Positions 59,585 to 64,000 of a DNA stretch of 64,000 nucleotides are shown here, piece by piece; the first letter of the stretch is position 1, and each line of letters starts with the position of its first letter. The DNA comes from Macrostomum lignano. Lineage: Eukaryota. The position numbers and the translations under genes are program-made. The notes beneath the pieces were generated by a model. It had not been told where the DNA came from, did not search any database, and worked only from the letters and a program-made list of their open reading frames with translations. The stretch lies in NCBI GenBank assembly GCA_002269645.1, contig NIVC01000514.1, positions 310,001-374,000 on the forward strand, written 5' to 3'.

Positions 59585-60435
59585 ATCCAGAATCTCACTC
59601 TGGGACTCCCTGGCCTTCCGCTCCAGAATCTCTCTCTGGGACTCCCGCTCCAGGATCTCTCTCTCTGGGACTCCCTGGCCTTCCGCTCCAGAATCTCTCT
59701 CTGGGACTCCCTTGCCTTCCGCTCCAGAATCTCTCTCTGGGACTCCCTGGTCTTCCGCTCTAGAATCTCACTCTGGGACTCCCTTGCCTTCCGCTCCAGA
59801 ATCTCTCTCTGGGACTCCCTGGTCTTCCGCTCTAGAATCTCACTCTGGGACTCCCTTGCCTTCCGCTCCAGAATCTCTCTCTGGGACTCCCTGGCCTTCC
59901 GCTCCAGAATCTCTCTCTGGGACTCCCTTGCCTTCCGCTCCAGAATCTCTCTCTGGGACTCCCTGGCCTTCCGCTCTAGAATCTCACTCTGGGACTCCCT
60001 TGCCTTCCGCTCCAGAATCTCTCTCTGGGACTCCCTGGTCTTCCGCTCTAGAATCTCACTCTGGGACTCCCTTGCCTTCCGCTCCAGAATCTCTCTCTGG
60101 GACTCCCTGGTCTTCCGCTCCAAAATCTCACTCTGGGATTCCCTTCCGCTCCAGAATCTCACTCTGGGACTCCCTTCCGCTCTAGAATCTCTCTCTGGGA
60201 CTCCCTTGCCTTCCGCTCCAGAATCTCACTCTGGGATTTTCTTCCGCTCCAGAATCTCTCTGGGACTCCCTTGCCTTCCGCTCCAGAATCTCACTCTGGG
60301 ATTCCCTTCCGCTCCAGAATCTCTCTCTGGGACTCCCTGGTCTTCCGCTCCAGAATCTCTCTGGGACTCCCTTCCGCTCCAGAATCTCTCTCTGGAACTC
60401 CCTGGCCTGCCGTACCAGAATCTCTTTCTGGGACT
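59585..60435. repeat. Minisatellite, about 36-bp unit (CTGGGACTCCCTTGCCTTCCGCTCCAGAATCTCTCT)
   Basis: Seen directly. Confidence 0.94.
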
Positions 60436-61114
60436 CCCTGGTCAGCGGCTGGCTGGGGATGCAGTTTTGCGCTCGTAAACACTTGGCGGATTCTGTGGGG
60501 AGGAGGGGCGAAGGAGGGGAGCGGGGCTTATCTTTATCTAATCCAGCTAGCAGCTCCGGCCTGACAGATCGGTGGCTTCGCCTCCTGCAGCCACCACCCC
60601 AGTGCGATCTGATGCACTCTACCTTAGCCACTGCCGAATAACTGCGGGACTGTCTGACATTTTTTCATGCGCGGTTTTCTAATTGGAAGATTTTTCTCTC
60701 GCGTCCGACTGCTGGGTCGGTTTGGGGCAGAATTGGGAATTTCATTTGTTAATATTGGCCCAGGTTGCGATTCTTGTGCTGATCGCCCTTTAGCCAGGCT
60801 GCGCGGGGGGCTCTCACACCGATAAGGTGGCTGGCTACATCAGTTTTGCCAAGCCATATCTTCTTGGAAATTCCAAATTAAAAAACAGCATCAACTGAAA
60901 GTAAAACTTACCTGATGGTGACTCAGTTTATGTTTATGACCAAAAGCAATCTGGTCAAAAACTCACTTTCTGCTCAAGGAGAATTCCAATACCATTAACT
61001 TTATGTAGCTCTGTCTTTGTGTAATTTTTACCTGCGACTTTCTCATTTCAGACAATCCGCAGGCCGAGCTTCTCTGCACTGGCCAGTTGGTCTGGCCGTG
61101 ACTCGCTCTGTGAG

Positions 61115-61475
61115 TGCTGGTGGGGTCAGGAGCTTTGGGGGGCAGTGCTGGTGAGGTCAGGAGCTTTGGGGGGCAGTGCTGGTGGGGTCAGGAGCTTTGT
61201 GGGGCAGTGCTGGTGGGGTCAGGAGCTTTGGGGGGCAGTGCTGGTGGGGTCAGGAGCTTTGTGGGGCAGTGCTGGTGGGGTCAGGAGCTTTGGGGGGCAG
61301 TGCTGGTGAGGTCAGGAGCTTTGTGGGGCAGTGCTGGTGGGGTCAGGAGCTTTGTGGGGCAGTGCTGGTGGGGTCAGGAGCTTTGTGGGGTCAGGAGCTT
61401 TGTGGGGCAGTGCTGGTGGGGTCAGGAGCTTTGTGGGGTCAGGAGCTTTGTGAGGCAGTGCCGGTAGGGTCAGGA
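61115..61475. repeat. Minisatellite, 31-bp unit (GTGGGGTCAGGAGCTTTGTGGGGCAGTGCTG)
   Basis: Seen directly. Confidence 0.93.
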
Positions 61476-61848
61476 GCTCAAATGCCTCGTCGCAAGTAGC
61501 TGGAGCATAATCCCATAGCTACTACTCACTGTGAGTAGCGCATTTAGGCCGCAGCCCGCCCTGTCAATTGCAGCCAGCCTCAGCAGCTGCAGCACGAAAG
61601 CAATTTCTGCAACGGGACCGGCTCGACGGTCTCTTGCGAACTCTGACGAGATAGTTCAGTTTTTATGGTTTTTTGATTCAACATTTTGTCTCTATTATTT
61701 GTTTGTTTCCAGTCTGTCTCACCTCATCAGTCCCAGACTCCCTCAAGCCAATGCGCCCCTGACTGGGAATAATTCTGATTGAATCGCCTGTACATTTTCA
61801 ATGTGTTCCCTACTCCAGTTTGCTGCTTGTATAAGATGGTGAAAAATA

Positions 61849-61923
61849 GGCTAAACTGGGAATCGAACCCGGGACCTGCAGCTCATAAGAACGATGCGAT
61901 TGACCTCTCGGCCACGGCTACCC
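61849..61923 (-). mobile_element. tRNA pseudogene or tRNA-derived SINE head
   Basis: Minus strand GGGTAGCCGTGGCCGAGAGGTCAATCGC...CTTATGA...CCCGGGTTCGATTCCC has A and B boxes, but the acceptor and anticodon stems pair poorly. Confidence 0.6.
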
Positions 61924-61974
61924 GCTTTGACAAAGCGTTGCAGTTGCTTATTTGATGAGCGCAGCTGCGTCCAG

Positions 61975-63215
61975 CGAGGAGAGGGGGGGGCGGCAGCCGG
62001 AGTCACCCTATCTCAGCCCATCCGCCCCGCTGCCCAGTGAGTAGAGGGGGGGGGCGGCAGCCGGAGTCACCCTATCTCAGCCCATCCGCCCCGCTGCCCA
62101 GTGAGAAAAGGGGGGCGGCAGCCGGAGTCACCCCATCTCAGCCCATCCGCCCCGCTGCCCAGTGAGTAGAGGGGGGGGCGGCAGCCGGAGTCACCCCATC
62201 TCAGCCCATCCGCCCCGCTGCCCAGTGAGTAGAGGGGGGGGTCGGCAGCCGGAGTCACCCCATCTCAGCCCATCCGCCCCGCTGCCCAGTGAGAAAAGGG
62301 GGGGGGGCGGCAGCCGGAGTCACTCCATCTCAGCCCATCCGCCTCGCTGCCCAGTGAGTAGAGGGGGGGGCGGCAGCCGGAGTCACCCCATCTCAGCCCA
62401 TCCGCCCCGCTGCCCAGTGAGGAGGGGGGGGGCGGCAGCCGGAGTCACCCCATCTCAGCCCATCCACCCCGCTGCCCAGTGAGAAAAGGGGGGGGGGCGG
62501 CAGCCGGAGTCACCCCATCTCAGCCCATCCGCCCCGCTGCCCAGTGAGAAAAGGGGGGCGGCAGCCAGAGTCACCCCATCTCAGCCCATCCGCCCCGCTG
62601 CCCAGTGAGTAGAGGGGGGGCGGCAGCCGGAGTCACCCCATCTCAGCCCATCCGCCCCGCTGCCCAGTGAGTAGGGGGGGGGGCGGCAGCCGGAGTCACC
62701 ACATCTCAGCCCATCCGCCCCGCTGCCCAGTGAGTAGAGGGGGGGCGGCAGCCGGAGTCACCCCATCTCAGCCCATCCGCCCCGCTGCCCAGTGAGTAGA
62801 GAGGGGGGCGGCAGCCGGAATCACCCCATCTCAGCCCATCCGCCCCGCTGCCCAGTGAGAAAAGGGGGGCGGCAGCCGGAGTCACCCCATCTCAGCCCAT
62901 CCGCCCCGCTGCCCAGTGAGGAGAGGGGGGGCGGCTGCCGGAGTCACCCCATCTCAGCCCATCCGCCCCGCTGCCCAGTGAGTAGAGGGGGGGCGGCAGC
63001 CGGAGTCACCCCATCTCAGCCCATCCGCCCCGCTGCCCAGTGAGTAGAGGGGGGGCGGCAGCCGGAGTCACCCCATCTCAGCCCATCCGCCCCGCTGCCC
63101 AGTGAGGAGGGGGGGGCGGCAGCCGGAGTCACCCCATCTCAGCCCATCCGCCCCGCTGCCCAGTGAGGAGGGGGGGGGCGGCAGCCGGAGTCACCCCATC
63201 TCAGCCCAACCGCCC
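61975..63215. repeat. GC-rich minisatellite, about 61-63-bp unit (GGCGGCAGCCGGAGTCACCCCATCTCAGCCCATCCGCCCCGCTGCCCAGTGAG + variable purine/G-run), about 20 copies
   Basis: Seen directly. Confidence 0.95.
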
Positions 63216-64000
63216 CACTGCCCGTTCGCGCCTCCTCCAGTCTACTCAAGCTTTTTTGTCGCTGTCTGTGTATACGTGTTCCAGAAAAAGTTATTGTGAA
63301 AATTTGTTAGGAACAATATAATTTTTTTTTATTATTTTCCTCCGTTGCGTATTTCCTTGTGGCAGAGGGGGGATTTGGGTGAGACTCTCTGCATAGTTTT
63401 TCAGTTGTTGCAGAAAGAACACAGAAAAGTTTTAAAGGTCTTGAGAACTTTTTACTATAATTTTTTGTCATTTTTCAAACTGTCGAAAGATTTTTGCCGT
63501 TTGTTTATTCTGTTTGGCCTCAGCTTTTGTTGCAAAGCTCATGAGAAGGAAATTTTCATTTTTCCAGCACGAAAGCTGCCTGCATGGTGGCTGGTGCTCA
63601 AACTCATCAGGCGCAAATGGGGCAAACTGGCTCAATCACAGCTCTTGCGAGATACAAAAACTTAGTGACAGAAATGGCAATTTTTGCAAAGCCGTGAAAG
63701 TTTTCTTTTGGAGTTCTGGAGTAAAAGCTGAGCCTGATTATTAGAACTTGAAGACGGCAGTCCGCGGTGTTGGCGACCCCGGCGCACCCGGGTGCGCAGA
63801 GCCCGAGGAGACGCCTCTTGAGGGCTCTCAATGCGTTTTATTTGTAGTTGCACTTCAATACCTTTTCATTGTTTAATTTCGTGTGAACTTTTTTGAAAGG
63901 CTCGCTGAATTTTCAGCAGGTGTTTCTCGTCTAATCAGTCGCTCGTCCCCCGTTTTTGTCTTTTGAATTTTATTTGACTGAAAACTTTTCTGTCGTGAGT

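Noticed and set aside
61849-61923. Functional tRNA-Ile(TAT) gene
   Set aside because: A CTTATGA loop is present, but the anticodon and acceptor stems do not pair; treated as a pseudogene or SINE.
61975-63215. Repeat-spacer (CRISPR-like) architecture
   Set aside because: The variable parts are under 20 nt and recur among units; this is an ordinary minisatellite.

Overview
Eukaryotic (animal) genomic DNA, not prokaryotic: GC-rich spliced genes with GT-AG introns, poly(A) signals and no operons or CRISPR. The style (CpG-rich exons, introns filled with minisatellites) resembles the free-living flatworm Macrostomum; that assignment is an inference. I reconstructed five spliced genes by hand, with reading frame conserved across every junction: an insulin-degrading-enzyme-like M16 metallopeptidase (+, 8 exons), a calmodulin/myosin-light-chain-like EF-hand protein (+, 2 exons), TBL1/TBL1XR1 (ebi) (-, 10 exons), PP2C PPM1A/B (+, 3 exons) and muscleblind (+, about 7 exons, 3' part tentative). 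There is also one intronless Gln-rich orphan ORF. Two AT-rich, CpG-poor blocks (about 1-4.2 kb and 23.55-34.4 kb) hold decayed transposons: a Ty3/Gypsy pol remnant, a truncated RTE-like LINE, three TIR/TSD-bounded MITEs and a foldback. Three tRNA-derived SINE-like heads are scattered elsewhere. Most striking pattern: every predicted intron over about 300 bp carries its own private tandem repeat (4-69 bp units), and several arrays are amplified from the splice sites themselves, creating long runs of duplicated donors or acceptors, especially in muscleblind. Most long ORFs in the supplied track are translation artefacts of these arrays. I found no clear-cut new biological system; the splice-site-derived arrays are the best candidate.
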